Translations under genes and position numbers: made by a program
The notes under the pieces: model-generated
What the model was told of the DNA's origin: nothing
Seen by the model: the letters and a program-made list of their open reading frames with translations, nothing else
The model's database searches: none
Shown here: in pieces, positions 28,415-38,710 of the stretch
How the letters are laid out: each line of letters begins with the position of its first letter
How positions within the stretch are numbered: the first letter of the stretch is position 1
Source: an uncultured bacterium
GTDB lineage: Bacteria > Zixibacteria > MSB-5A5 > GN15 > FEB-12
NCBI GenBank assembly: GCA_965372795.1
Contig: CBDVDR010000022.1
Span: forward strand, 1 to 50,338
Length of the DNA: 50,338 nt
Direction of reading: 5' to 3'

Positions 28415-29629
28415 TTAACTCTTAAATACTTGAATTAAATTCCACATTGGAAGGAAAATTGCCAGTGCAAGAATTAGTACGAAAATACCAATAACCAAAG
28501 TTAATATTGGCTCCAAAACGGAAGTCAATTGCTTAGACATATATTGCACTTCTTTTGAATAGTGATTTCCGGTTTCATCAAGAATTTTTTCAAGCGATCC
28601 TGATTCAAGACCGATATAAATCATCTGTAAAGCCATTTCTGGAAAAAATACAAATTCTTCTTTTGTTAAATTTGATTCACGGCCTTCTTGAAAAAATAAC
28701 TTCATTTTTCGTATTTCAGCTCCAATCACAGTATTTTTTACTGAATCCTCTAAAAGATCGAGTGCTTGTACAATTGGAATACCAGCTTTAAAAAGAATTG
28801 AAAATAATAATGAAAATCTGGCAACATTCCCTTTAATAATCAATTGTCCGATTATGGGGATTTTTAAAAAGCGATAATCTACCCAGTATCGTCCCTTTTC
28901 ATTTTTTACTAATTTTAAGTAACCAATGACTAATAACACAATCACGCCAATAAGGAAGGGCCAATAGTTTAGCAAAAAGCTGCTTGTGGCTGTGATGATT
29001 CTTGTTGGCAATGGCAAATCAGCATCAAAAGTACTATAAAATGATATAAATTTTGGTACAACCATAGTCATCATTACCACCATCGCCAGTACGATTGCTG
29101 TAATGACCATTAAAGGATATCTGATACCCGATTTAATCTGACGGGTTAGTTCTAATTCCTTTTCGAGAATAGGAGAGAGTTTTTCTAAAATTTCATCAAG
29201 TTTACCAGACTCTTCACCGGCAGCGATGCTCGATATATATACTTTTGAGAAGATCTCTTCTTGTTCAGCCATTGCGTTTGAAAGAGAGGTGCCGCTTTGA
29301 ACTTGATTTTTTATTTCCAATAAAGCTTCATTAAATTTGCTGTCAGCTTTGCCAATTTTAATGAGTGATAAGGACTTGATCAATGGTATTCCAGCCCGAT
29401 ATAGAGTCGCAAAGTTATTTGTAAATGTTATCAGGTTTTCATAATCGGAGCTTTTAAAAAAGCCAAACAAGGAAGTTTTTCGATTGTTCTTAACCGGCTT
29501 AATTGAAACAGGAATTAAATTTTGTTCAGAAAGCAACTCAAGCGTCTGTTTACTCGATTCTGCTGATACAAACCCCTCAATTACAGTACCTTTTGCATTT
29601 ACTGCTTTATATCGAAACTGGGTTTGCAT
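28415..29629 (-). CDS. pilC: Inner-membrane platform protein (PilC/GspF/MshG)
   Basis: AGIPL..L, G.SLS.AM, AGEESGKLD, YP, VVPKF, GLESGSL, LEP, AIFLPM. Confidence 0.92.
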   Translation of the reverse strand: MQTQFRYKAVNAKGTVIEGFVSAESSKQTLELLSEQNLIPVSIKPVKNNRKTSLFGFFKSSDYENLITFTNNFATLYRAGIPLIKSLSLIKIGKADSKFNEALLEIKNQVQSGTSLSNAMAEQEEIFSKVYISSIAAGEESGKLDEILEKLSPILEKELELTRQIKSGIRYPLMVITAIVLAMVVMMTMVVPKFISFYSTFDADLPLPTRIITATSSFLLNYWPFLIGVIVLLVIGYLKLVKNEKGRYWVDYRFLKIPIIGQLIIKGNVARFSLLFSILFKAGIPIVQALDLLEDSVKNTVIGAEIRKMKLFFQEGRESNLTKEEFVFFPEMALQMIYIGLESGSLEKILDETGNHYSKEVQYMSKQLTSVLEPILTLVIGIFVLILALAIFLPMWNLIQVFKS

Positions 29630-31346
29630 GAACGGTTGTTACCTTATTATAAGATTGGCAATACTCTTCACTATTGGTCGTCTCCTTCAGTAACTCTTCT
29701 AAAGATAATTGCCCGGATTGGATCTTTTCTAACCCTACTTCAAACAGGTTGAAGTAACCAATTTTCCTTCCCACTTCTTTGATTTGAGATAGCGAAGCAT
29801 TGCTGATAATCAACTCTGAAATTTCCTGATTAATTTCAAGATACTCATAGATACCCGTCATCCCGGAAAATCCGGAATCACGGCACTGAGGACATCCGAC
29901 ACCCCGTTTGAAAGAGATTGCTTCGGCAAGATCAATTAAACCGGAGCGTTTTAAAATGATATCAGGGGGGCGATACTCCTCGAGACAATGAGGACAATTT
30001 ATGCGAACTAACCGTTGAGCTAAAATTCCTTTTACAGTCGAAGCTATCAAATATGGTTCGATACCCATGTTGATCAGTCTGGTAAGGGTTGATGGGGCAT
30101 CGTTAGTATGAATTGTAGATAGAACTAAATGACCGGTAAACGATGCTCTAATTGCTAATTGAGCTGTTTCTATATCTCTGATTTCACCAATCATCATAAT
30201 ATCAGGGTTTTGCCTTAAGATTGATCGCAGGACAGAGGGAAAGGTTAACCCGGCTTTTTCATTCGTCTGTATTTGTATTATTAGAGGCAATGAGTATTCA
30301 ACCGGATCCTCAATTGTAACAATGTTTTTTTCTACGGTATTTATTGCTTGTAAGCTGGCATAGAGAGTTGATGTCTTACCGCTTGAAGTCGGTCCTGAAA
30401 TAAGAATCAAGCCTTCCGGTTTATGTATTATCTCTTCCCATTTTTCAGTCAAGCTGGCATTAAATCCAAGTTGTTCAAATGACAATTTTAGATTTCTACG
30501 ATCAAGGATACGAATCACAATCTTCTCACCGTGAATAGTAGGGAGGGTTGAAACTCTTAAATCAATATTAGCCCCTTCAACATTCATCATAAATCTACCA
30601 TCTTGCGGTAGTCTTTTTTCTGAAACATCAAGATCGGAACTGATTTTTATTCTCGAAATTAATTCGTTTTGCATTGATTTAGGAGGAGAGGCTTCTTCAT
30701 GCATAATTCCGTTGATTCTATAACGAATCCTGATTTGGTTTTCTTCCGGTTCAATATGAATGTCAGAGGCACCATCATTAACTGCTTTAGAAATAATTAT
30801 ATTTACAAGTTTTATAATCGGGCTTTCGGACTCCCTGACTTTTTCAGAAAAGTGTTCGTCAATGGGTAACTCTGAAGAAGTGATTTTATCTCGTTCACTG
30901 ATAATTTGATTGAGCGAATCTGCAACCGAATAATACTTCTCAATAGCATGTTTAATTTCAGTTGCTGTAGCAATAGATCGTTGAATATTCAGCTTTGTAA
31001 GGTATTTTATTTCGTCAATTGCAATAATATTTAAAGGATCCGCCATTGCCAATGATAACGAGTTACCAATGGAAAATATGGGTATCAATGTGTAACGTCT
31101 TGCAATATTAACAGGAACCTTTTGGATAACCTGAGGATCAAGTACCATTGAACTTATAGAAATCTTAGGGATTGATAGTCTTTCCGAAACTGTATCAATA
31201 AGTTGATCTTCCGTTATAAAGCCCTTCTCAACAAGAGCTTCACCTAGCCTTTTTCCGGTTACCTTTTGTTCTGTAAGAGCTTCCTGGAGTTGCTCAGTTG
31301 TTATAAATCCCTTTTCAAGGAGTAAATCACCAATTCGTTTAGTCAT
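29607..31346 (-). CDS. pilB: Assembly ATPase (PilB/GspE/MshE) with an N-terminal MshEN domain
   Basis: ASDIHIEP, RLPQDGR, Walker A GPTSSGKT, EDPVEY, LRQNPD..MIGEIRD, STIHTND, CxxC..CxxC; tandem RIG/RLG repeats at the N-terminus. Confidence 0.95.
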   Translation of the reverse strand: MTKRIGDLLLEKGFITTEQLQEALTEQKVTGKRLGEALVEKGFITEDQLIDTVSERLSIPKISISSMVLDPQVIQKVPVNIARRYTLIPIFSIGNSLSLAMADPLNIIAIDEIKYLTKLNIQRSIATATEIKHAIEKYYSVADSLNQIISERDKITSSELPIDEHFSEKVRESESPIIKLVNIIISKAVNDGASDIHIEPEENQIRIRYRINGIMHEEASPPKSMQNELISRIKISSDLDVSEKRLPQDGRFMMNVEGANIDLRVSTLPTIHGEKIVIRILDRRNLKLSFEQLGFNASLTEKWEEIIHKPEGLILISGPTSSGKTSTLYASLQAINTVEKNIVTIEDPVEYSLPLIIQIQTNEKAGLTFPSVLRSILRQNPDIMMIGEIRDIETAQLAIRASFTGHLVLSTIHTNDAPSTLTRLINMGIEPYLIASTVKGILAQRLVRINCPHCLEEYRPPDIILKRSGLIDLAEAISFKRGVGCPQCRDSGFSGMTGIYEYLEINQEISELIISNASLSQIKEVGRKIGYFNLFEVGLEKIQSGQLSLEELLKETTNSEEYCQSYNKVTTVHANPVSI

Positions 31347-31393
31347 AATCCAATTTTTATTTAAAGTGCTTGTATTATGGTTATTTAATCAAA

Positions 31394-31420
31394 TTATCGG
31401 CTGATATTTTGCTTTCTAAA
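31394..31420 (-). promoter_or_regulatory. sigma28-type promoter of the pilus operon
   Basis: Minus strand reads TTTA-N15-GCCGATAA (perfect -10), 47 bp before the pilB start. Confidence 0.7.
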
Positions 31421-31492
31421 GCTTCAATGAAATATTGACTAAAGATTATTAAATATCGTCTTTAGATTAAGGAGTTAATTAAAACCGGATTT

Positions 31493-33112
31493 ATGGCGTT
31501 AAATATGGCGAACAAATACAAATTTCAACTTATTATCATTCTGATACTTACAATAGCATCAATGGCGTACGCCAATGAGCCGATAAATAGGTATGACCAG
31601 TTTTCAGATATTGAAATTGGACAAATAATTATTGACAATCGAAATATATACGACCTTTCCAGCCCACGATACGCAAATTTCCCCTTTAAAACTATTAACA
31701 AGCTTCATATAAAAACCCGGAAAAAGGTCATTCAAAATGAATTGTTGTTTCAGGTAGGTGATAAATTTTCAATTGAATTAGCCAGAGAAACAGAGCGAAA
31801 TCTTAGATTGAGATTATCTGTCTTTGATGCCTGGATTGAGGTTGAGGAAATTACCGATGATAAACTGCTTGTTACAATTGTTACCATAGACCAGTGGAGT
31901 TTGATCTCAAGCTTTAACTTTACCCGTGAGGGGAACGAAACAAATTATCGTTTAACTTTAGAAGAACGAAACCTTTTTGGCAAAAACCAATTTGTAAAAT
32001 TTGATTATTTTTTAGAAGATGTTGAAAAAGATTATATCAATATTCAATACCTGAACAGTAGAACTTTTAATAAACCATTTAGATTTAATTGGGTTTTAAA
32101 TAACAGCCGATTCAACCGGTATAACTTTATTTCTATTAGTAAACCTTTTTACAATCTTAATCAGAATTGTTCATATGGTTTAAGTACAGCTATAAAAAAA
32201 AGCCGTTGGGACAGTTATGTTGACAATCAAAAAGAAGCAGAAGCCTTCAGCGAGTCTGAAACCGCATCATTTGCCTTTGAAACTCGTTTTGGTGAATATA
32301 AGAAAAAGACAAAACTAAGCTTTTATTACGATTACGTGAACGAAACAATCTCTGACCTCAACGAGTTTTCAAAAAATACGGTAGTTTTCCCCGAAGATTC
32401 AAGCTACCACAGATTTGGTCTAGGTATAACCAAGTCATCGGTTGAATTTGTCAAACTTTATCGAATAGACTCATATTATTATCCTGAAGATTTTGCATTG
32501 GGGTCGTCAATAAACATCTCTTATTTTAGAGCCCTTAAACAGTCACTTAATAAATATTATTACAACATTATGAGTACGGGACTCAATTTTGTTTCATACC
32601 ATAAGAACACTCTTTTTTCATTTTCTATTTCAAACAGATATTGGTTTTATAAAAAACAATCTATCCGAAATTTTTCCAGTTTATCATTGGGAGTGTATAA
32701 TCACTATTTAGAATCATTTACATTTGCCTTTCAGGGGAGATATCAATCTGACTGGCTTAATAGTGGCTCCAATTATTTGTTAGCCGGGGGAGAATCGGGC
32801 TTAAGGGGATTTAATAAATTTTATAAAACCGGGAATAGGAAATTAATATTTAACCTTGAGAACAGATTTTTTACCGGTTTGGAGATCCTTTCTGTTTATA
32901 TTGGAACTGCAATTTTTACTGATATTGGAAGGATATGGAAAAGCGGCGATGAATTTGATTTGAATGACTTTGATATTAGTGTCGGAGTAGGGCTAAGGCT
33001 TTACCCTGAAAGAATTTCAAATAATCGAGTGGTTCGTTTTGATGTCGCCTATTCTGAGTTTAACAAGTGGCAGCTATCTATTGATTCAAGGCAATATTTC
33101 AGTGCCCCTTAA
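31493..33112 (+). CDS. Omp85 (BamA/TamA-like) outer-membrane protein
   Basis: Signal peptide, POTRA-like ELLF..GD..ETERNLR, ERNLFG, GGESGLRGF loop, FTDIG, GVGLR. Confidence 0.8.
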   Translation: MALNMANKYKFQLIIILILTIASMAYANEPINRYDQFSDIEIGQIIIDNRNIYDLSSPRYANFPFKTINKLHIKTRKKVIQNELLFQVGDKFSIELARETERNLRLRLSVFDAWIEVEEITDDKLLVTIVTIDQWSLISSFNFTREGNETNYRLTLEERNLFGKNQFVKFDYFLEDVEKDYINIQYLNSRTFNKPFRFNWVLNNSRFNRYNFISISKPFYNLNQNCSYGLSTAIKKSRWDSYVDNQKEAEAFSESETASFAFETRFGEYKKKTKLSFYYDYVNETISDLNEFSKNTVVFPEDSSYHRFGLGITKSSVEFVKLYRIDSYYYPEDFALGSSINISYFRALKQSLNKYYYNIMSTGLNFVSYHKNTLFSFSISNRYWFYKKQSIRNFSSLSLGVYNHYLESFTFAFQGRYQSDWLNSGSNYLLAGGESGLRGFNKFYKTGNRKLIFNLENRFFTGLEILSVYIGTAIFTDIGRIWKSGDEFDLNDFDISVGVGLRLYPERISNNRVVRFDVAYSEFNKWQLSIDSRQYFSAP

Positions 33113-33241
33113 TTGAAAATTGTTGACAATTATTCGATTTAGAATAGATTATTAATGTACTGACAAAAAATCGTAATTTACTGCTTATTCAGGAATTATT
33201 TCAATTGGTTAAAATTTATAAGATTTGAACTGTTAAAATTA

Positions 33242-33268
33242 TATAGCAATGTTTGATTAAGCCGATAT
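33242..33268 (+). promoter_or_regulatory. sigma28-type promoter
   Basis: TATA-N15-GCCGATAT, 30 bp before the TTG start at 33299. Confidence 0.65.
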
Positions 33269-33298
33269 ACAGAATGAACTTGATTTATAGGAATAATT

Positions 33299-35323
33299 TT
33301 GGAAAGAAAATTTAGATATATTTCACTATTTGTCTTAATCTGTAGTGTACTCTTATACTCATCGGTTATTTCAAAATCCTCTGTGGGAAGTTTTAATGCT
33401 GTTCATGAAATTCATTCTGATTATGATAATGGAAAAATATCCCTTGATGACTTTACACTCCTGATAATCAAAGCAGTCAAACAACCGGAAAAACTTCCAT
33501 CTCAATACCAAGCCTCAAGTTTATCTCTTTCAGTTGATCATTTAAGTTGTGTTACCCCTGAATTGATTTTTATAAAAAATAACTGGAATAATATATCTGC
33601 TTCAGTTCAAGCATCTTTTTTAACGGCCTTTACTCCGTCAGAATCAGAATTTACTTATGATTCACCGGGAGGATTTTTTAAATTACATTACGATCTGACC
33701 GGAATTGATGCCGTCTCGCCAATTGATAACGATGTTAATGGTGTCCCGGATTATATTGATAGATGTGCCGCATATTGTGACAGTTCGCTTACAAAACACC
33801 AAGTTTTAGGATATATGGATCCCCCGGATGATTACAATGCCGGAGGGGACGACCTTTATGATATCTATTTTGAGGAAATGGGAAGTTATGGCTACACCGT
33901 CCCAAGCACACCCGGACCAGAAGCTTGGAATGATTACATCAGCTATATTTCATTGCATCGCGATTTTATTGGTTTCCCTCCAAACGATGATCCTGAAGGC
34001 AATCCCGAAGGAGCCGCCAAGGCTACTGCTGCACATGAATTTCATCACGCTGTTCAAATGGCGTATGATGTTGGAGAGGACTTGTGGGTTATTGAATCAG
34101 ATGCAACCTATATGGAAGACATCGTGTTTAATCAGGTGAATGATAATTATAATTATTTCAGCCCTTTCTTTAATGATCCCGAAAATTCCATTCTTGAAAA
34201 TTCATCTCATGCCTACGCTTCCTTTTTATGGGAAATGTTTTTGTCAGAAAAATTTGATACCTCTCTACTAGTTGCCATTTGGGAAGGTGCCAGATATTCA
34301 AGTTTTATTGATGCCATTGACGACACCCTGCAAGGTCGTTATGGTTGGACCATTGATTCGGCCTTTGCAGAATTTGCCCAATGGAATTATTTAACTGGCA
34401 TCCGTGATGACGGACTTCATTATTCTGAAGGGTCAGACTATCCGTTAATAAGTATAAATCGAAGTCATAACTCTTATCCGGTTACACTAAGCAATCCTTT
34501 TAGCTATCCCGAAGGCTATGCCGCCGGATATATAAGATTTATACCGCCTGCGTTTGGTACTTTGCATTTAACTTTCAATGGAGAAGATAACCGGCAATGG
34601 AGAGCCTGGGTAATTAAATCAATTACTCAAAATTCTCATGAGTTTGAAATGATGCCTCTTGATCCGGTTAGTTTTTCTGGAAGTTTGGAAATATTGAATT
34701 TCCAGGATTATTATTCTGTAACTCTGGTTGCTGTTAATATCTCGGAGTTTGAAACCTCAGGGAATTATTCTTATTCCGCTCAAATCAGCATTCCTTATGC
34801 GATCAGTTCATCTTTATTAACTGATGATACTTTGATATATTCCGGGGATACGAAGATATTTGAAATACATGTTGAAAACGTTTCGGTTGTTAATGATATT
34901 ATTTCATTGGTTTATTGGGATGATGCCGGCTGGTTACTCTTAGACTCTGTAAGTAAGGCTTTAAATTCGACCTCTGATACAATATTGACAATAGATATAA
35001 ATCCTCCTCAGGGAACACCTTTGAACCTCACTTCAAATTTAAATTTTGTTATAAAGTCTTGGGGCGATGAAAATCTATCAGATACTATCAATACTAAAGT
35101 AACAACAATTCTCCAGCATGGGGATTCAAATTTTTCAGGTCGCATTGATATAAGCGATCTTACATACTTTGTTGCATTTTTGTTTAATGAAGGACCATAT
35201 CCAATCCCGGTAGATATTGCCGGTGATTATAACTGTTCTTCAGACCTAACCGTTTCAGATTTAACAAAATTGGTCGAATATCTCTTTCAAAATGGTTCCA
35301 TTCCTCCTTGTAATCCTTATTAA
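33299..35323 (+). CDS. Secreted zinc metalloprotease (MXAN_6640-like) with a C-terminal dockerin
   Basis: Signal peptide, FKLHY..G.DAV..D.D.NGVPDY, AHEFHHAVQ..E; C-terminal GDSNFSGRIDISDL..GDYNCSSDLTVSDL. Confidence 0.8.
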   Translation: MERKFRYISLFVLICSVLLYSSVISKSSVGSFNAVHEIHSDYDNGKISLDDFTLLIIKAVKQPEKLPSQYQASSLSLSVDHLSCVTPELIFIKNNWNNISASVQASFLTAFTPSESEFTYDSPGGFFKLHYDLTGIDAVSPIDNDVNGVPDYIDRCAAYCDSSLTKHQVLGYMDPPDDYNAGGDDLYDIYFEEMGSYGYTVPSTPGPEAWNDYISYISLHRDFIGFPPNDDPEGNPEGAAKATAAHEFHHAVQMAYDVGEDLWVIESDATYMEDIVFNQVNDNYNYFSPFFNDPENSILENSSHAYASFLWEMFLSEKFDTSLLVAIWEGARYSSFIDAIDDTLQGRYGWTIDSAFAEFAQWNYLTGIRDDGLHYSEGSDYPLISINRSHNSYPVTLSNPFSYPEGYAAGYIRFIPPAFGTLHLTFNGEDNRQWRAWVIKSITQNSHEFEMMPLDPVSFSGSLEILNFQDYYSVTLVAVNISEFETSGNYSYSAQISIPYAISSSLLTDDTLIYSGDTKIFEIHVENVSVVNDIISLVYWDDAGWLLLDSVSKALNSTSDTILTIDINPPQGTPLNLTSNLNFVIKSWGDENLSDTINTKVTTILQHGDSNFSGRIDISDLTYFVAFLFNEGPYPIPVDIAGDYNCSSDLTVSDLTKLVEYLFQNGSIPPCNPY

Positions 35324-35445
35324 CTAAGTTCAATCAATATTTTTATATTGACACATTATAAAGGTTTGCCTTAATTAGCGAATTATCAGTATAACTACTG
35401 AGTTGATCCAAGGAAGGTTCACTTAGTAGAGAGGGGAATGTCTAA

Positions 35446-35652
35446 ATGAATGGTTTTGAACCAAAAATTTTGATATGTACTGAATGTAAGGAAGAATTTG
35501 TCTTTACCAGTGCAGCTCAACAGTATTTTCTTGAAAGAGGGTATACGGAAGACCCTAAACGATGTAAAACCTGCCATACTGCATATAAGCGGTCTGAACG
35601 GAACGATCATCATAGAAAACATTCCATGTACACTTCTGGTCCGTCTGAATAA
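35446..35652 (+). CDS. Small zinc-ribbon protein (zf-trcl-like)
   Basis: LICTECKEEFVFT..QQYF.ERGY...PKRCKTC; SD GAGGGG. Confidence 0.85.
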   Translation: MNGFEPKILICTECKEEFVFTSAAQQYFLERGYTEDPKRCKTCHTAYKRSERNDHHRKHSMYTSGPSE

Positions 35653-35653
35653 T

Positions 35654-35683
35654 AAAAAACCCCGAATATAAAATTCGAGGTTT
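35654..35683. terminator. Likely bidirectional terminator
   Basis: AAACC.CGAAT...ATTCG.GGTTT stem with an A-run on the left, between convergent genes. Confidence 0.6.
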
Positions 35684-35720
35684 AATCAAAAGTACAGCCG
35701 ATTTAATTTGCAGAAATTAC

Positions 35721-37436
35721 TTATCGAATAAGTACCATTTTTTTGGCACTGCTCTGAGAACCGACTTGCAAGCGGTATAAGTATATTCCAGAAGCTACCT
35801 GTGTACCGCTATCATCAGTTGTATCCCAGGCAACAGTCGATTCACCCATTGGTAAATATTCATCGAGTAAAGTTGCGATTTTTTGCCCTAATAAATTGAA
35901 TACTTCTAAAGTTGCATGACTGCCGGCATTTAATGTAAAGCTTATATTTGTACTGGGATTAAAGGGATTCGGATAGTTCTGTGAAAGATTAACTGAGTTA
36001 GGAATATCCAATTCATCATCATCGCCTATTCCGGCCGCAATACCAACCGTTAGATCAGCGATAATATTTCCACCGGAAACCACTATATTGCCAACACTGA
36101 CAAATGTCTCTCCATCCAAATAAGAATTGGAATTAGGGCTTGTAAAGGGACTGAAGGTTGTATTAGAACCTGTTCCCGGAAACGGATCAGCAGCGTCACC
36201 AAGGTCAATATCTTGTTCTATTTCATATAAACCATCGGCTTGCTTTAATGCAACCAGATAATGGTTGGTACTGTCTTCACCTGTAAACCATTGCTGATCA
36301 TTGTTGGTTTTACTTTCATCAATATGCCAGATCAACAATCCTTCTCCAGGAAGATAAGAATCATATCCGATTTTTTGCCGGTTTTCAATGAGGAAATATT
36401 CACTGTTTGCGGCACCGGCGTTCCATAACCGGTATGCAACCTGATTTTCCTCGATGTTGATTATCGTTGTCGAAGAAATGTTTGTTTCAATATTTGTAGC
36501 TGTGAGAAAGCCCATTTGAATTTTACTCCAGGCACATGGATGCGACGGGGAAGAGCCGTCATTTCCGGGACCTCTCCAGCTGCCAAAGGCCATTAGTCCC
36601 CAGGCTCCGATACCGTAAGAATCATAATCAGTATCATAAAGATCAGGCAATCCGAAAGCATGACCCAGTTCATGAGCAAATACGCCAATGGTCATATCGC
36701 CGGCGGTATTCCAATATTCCGGTTGAACGGTATAGTTAAATATATAAACCGAATCTCTGAGCATTGGTGTCAATGTTGACCATTTATGTGACCAAATATC
36801 ATTAACATCTCCTGAGTATTCGCCGCCGCTGCCGCTATGTATAATTAACAGAACATCAACAAACCCATCGCCATCATTGTCATAGTTGGAAAAATCTACC
36901 TGAGGATCAACCAGATTTACCAAATCTTCTACAAGTTTCTGTGAATTATTTGGATATGCCCCAGTTCCATTTTCACCATTAACATAAAAGGTATAGGGTT
37001 GAGGAGCTGTTTGCCATCCAAGACTTGATGGTAAGTTTACAGATATGATGTCGAGTTGATCGTATGATATCTCTTTGTAATAATCTCTAACGGTTGAACT
37101 CACAGAATCATATATAAGGGAATCAAAAAATGTTGCATTTACTGAACTACCATGATCGCTAAAGTTAACAAGTAGCGCCAAAACTTTAAAATCTCCAGTA
37201 ATTGCCGCACCTTTACTTGAGGCAGTATTTTTAACAAGTTCTTGAGGAACTGTTGCCGGGGTGCAGATACCTTTAGCGTGCATCTTGTCAATATTTGAGG
37301 TAATGTATGTGAGACTTTTTGAAGCCTTTGAAGCTTCAAGCAAATCCGGATGTGGAGGAGATGCTACAACGGATGCAACTGCTGTCATTAATGTAAGTAT
37401 TAACAAAAGTTTTGTAATGTTTTTTAAAGTTCTCAT
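35721..37436 (-). CDS. M6-family (immune inhibitor A-like) metalloprotease with a FlgD-Ig/T9SS-like C-terminal domain
   Basis: VRDYYKEISY, DNDGDGFVD, IWSHKW, AHELGHAFGLPDLYD, EYFLIENRQ, GLLIWHIDE; CTD QNYPNPFNPST..SGIYLYRL..KKMVLIR. Confidence 0.92.
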   Translation of the reverse strand: MRTLKNITKLLLILTLMTAVASVVASPPHPDLLEASKASKSLTYITSNIDKMHAKGICTPATVPQELVKNTASSKGAAITGDFKVLALLVNFSDHGSSVNATFFDSLIYDSVSSTVRDYYKEISYDQLDIISVNLPSSLGWQTAPQPYTFYVNGENGTGAYPNNSQKLVEDLVNLVDPQVDFSNYDNDGDGFVDVLLIIHSGSGGEYSGDVNDIWSHKWSTLTPMLRDSVYIFNYTVQPEYWNTAGDMTIGVFAHELGHAFGLPDLYDTDYDSYGIGAWGLMAFGSWRGPGNDGSSPSHPCAWSKIQMGFLTATNIETNISSTTIINIEENQVAYRLWNAGAANSEYFLIENRQKIGYDSYLPGEGLLIWHIDESKTNNDQQWFTGEDSTNHYLVALKQADGLYEIEQDIDLGDAADPFPGTGSNTTFSPFTSPNSNSYLDGETFVSVGNIVVSGGNIIADLTVGIAAGIGDDDELDIPNSVNLSQNYPNPFNPSTNISFTLNAGSHATLEVFNLLGQKIATLLDEYLPMGESTVAWDTTDDSGTQVASGIYLYRLQVGSQSSAKKMVLIR

Positions 37437-37447
37437 TATTTCTCCCG

Positions 37448-38701
37448 TTAGAATCTCAGTCCGGTTGAGATAGCTATGTTAAGTCCTTTTGTGGAATATG
37501 TTGAAAGGGATGCGCCAGAAATAAACGCAAAATCCAGATAATAATAATTTAGATCAATGCCTGAGCCGAACGAGAAAGCAGTATTCTTTCTGCCTCCTGA
37601 AGAAAAGCCTGCTCTAAGCGGAAATACACTTAAAGGACTCCACTCTAAGCCTAATGAAATTCGAGGTTCGCTGGATGCTCCTGCTGTTTGTGTAAAACCC
37701 TGTTCCCAATCAATAGCCCATAGTAATGAACCATATGTTTTAGCGATCCCCACCGTTAGAACAGAAGGAAGAGAGGATGAAAAACTGTTGATTGCTTCTG
37801 TATCATTGTTTGATGAGGCAGAATCGTTGTTCATATTTTCTATGGTCAGATTTTTAAAGTTGTAATCATAATTGTGATGTTCGGTATCTTTCGACCAATT
37901 GATTTTTGAATTGAAGTTTTTAATTGTAATTCCGGCAGTGTATTTGTTGCTGAATTTGATTGCTGCCCCGACATCAACGGTATATCCTGACCCGCCGGTA
38001 GATGTTCTTGCTAATAAATGACCTTCTCCGGCAAAACCGTCTTCATAAGTAGTTGCAAGACCTTCCAGTTCAATAATTTCTTCAATGCCCAGTCCTTTAA
38101 TGTATTTTACTGTAGTCCCTAATGAAACTTGACGGGTTCCATAGTTATAAATTGAAAAACCGTAAGACATTCCTGCGGCACCATAAGCAATAGCATTTGA
38201 AAAAGAACCGTTGACTTCGATTGTATCCCCAAAGGTATTCCCATTGAGAACAAAATTTACTATTTCTTTACTTAAATTGACATCAGCAATTCCGATTGCT
38301 TCTGTTGTAAATGCGAATGGACCAATCGCAATCGACATCGCTGATGCTGAAACATCAGCTGAAAAAGCTAATCCTTCAGTAGGGATTTTACCTAAAATGA
38401 TTTCTTTATCTTCGTTGGTTAAAAATGAACCGGTATAACGGTTATAATCATCAAGAGAAAACGAATTATTATTTACTCTGACGCTTACACCCACTAACTC
38501 AATGCTATTTCTTTGGTAAGTATAAAATCCCAGATTAGCCGGATTATATTTTGCAGCATCAACACCTTTAGCCAGTGACATAAAAGCACCGCCCATAGCA
38601 ACTGCCTGAGCCGATGAGAAACTGGTGGCACTTAAAGATATGTTGAAAATCAGCATCAGTATAAGCGCCATTATAATTGATATTTTAAGGTTTTTCTTCA
38701 T
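37448..38701 (-). CDS. Outer-membrane beta-barrel protein (FadL/PorV/DUF5723-like)
   Basis: Signal peptide, AMGGAF..NPANL, alternating beta-strands, LRAG, C-terminal Phe. Confidence 0.7.
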   Translation of the reverse strand: MKKNLKISIIMALILMLIFNISLSATSFSSAQAVAMGGAFMSLAKGVDAAKYNPANLGFYTYQRNSIELVGVSVRVNNNSFSLDDYNRYTGSFLTNEDKEIILGKIPTEGLAFSADVSASAMSIAIGPFAFTTEAIGIADVNLSKEIVNFVLNGNTFGDTIEVNGSFSNAIAYGAAGMSYGFSIYNYGTRQVSLGTTVKYIKGLGIEEIIELEGLATTYEDGFAGEGHLLARTSTGGSGYTVDVGAAIKFSNKYTAGITIKNFNSKINWSKDTEHHNYDYNFKNLTIENMNNDSASSNNDTEAINSFSSSLPSVLTVGIAKTYGSLLWAIDWEQGFTQTAGASSEPRISLGLEWSPLSVFPLRAGFSSGGRKNTAFSFGSGIDLNYYYLDFAFISGASLSTYSTKGLNIAISTGLRF

Positions 38702-38710
38702 GTAGTGCTC

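Noticed and set aside
35697..35704. GCCGATTT as a sigma28 promoter
   Set aside because: It lies between convergent genes, has no -35 and points antisense into the M6 gene.
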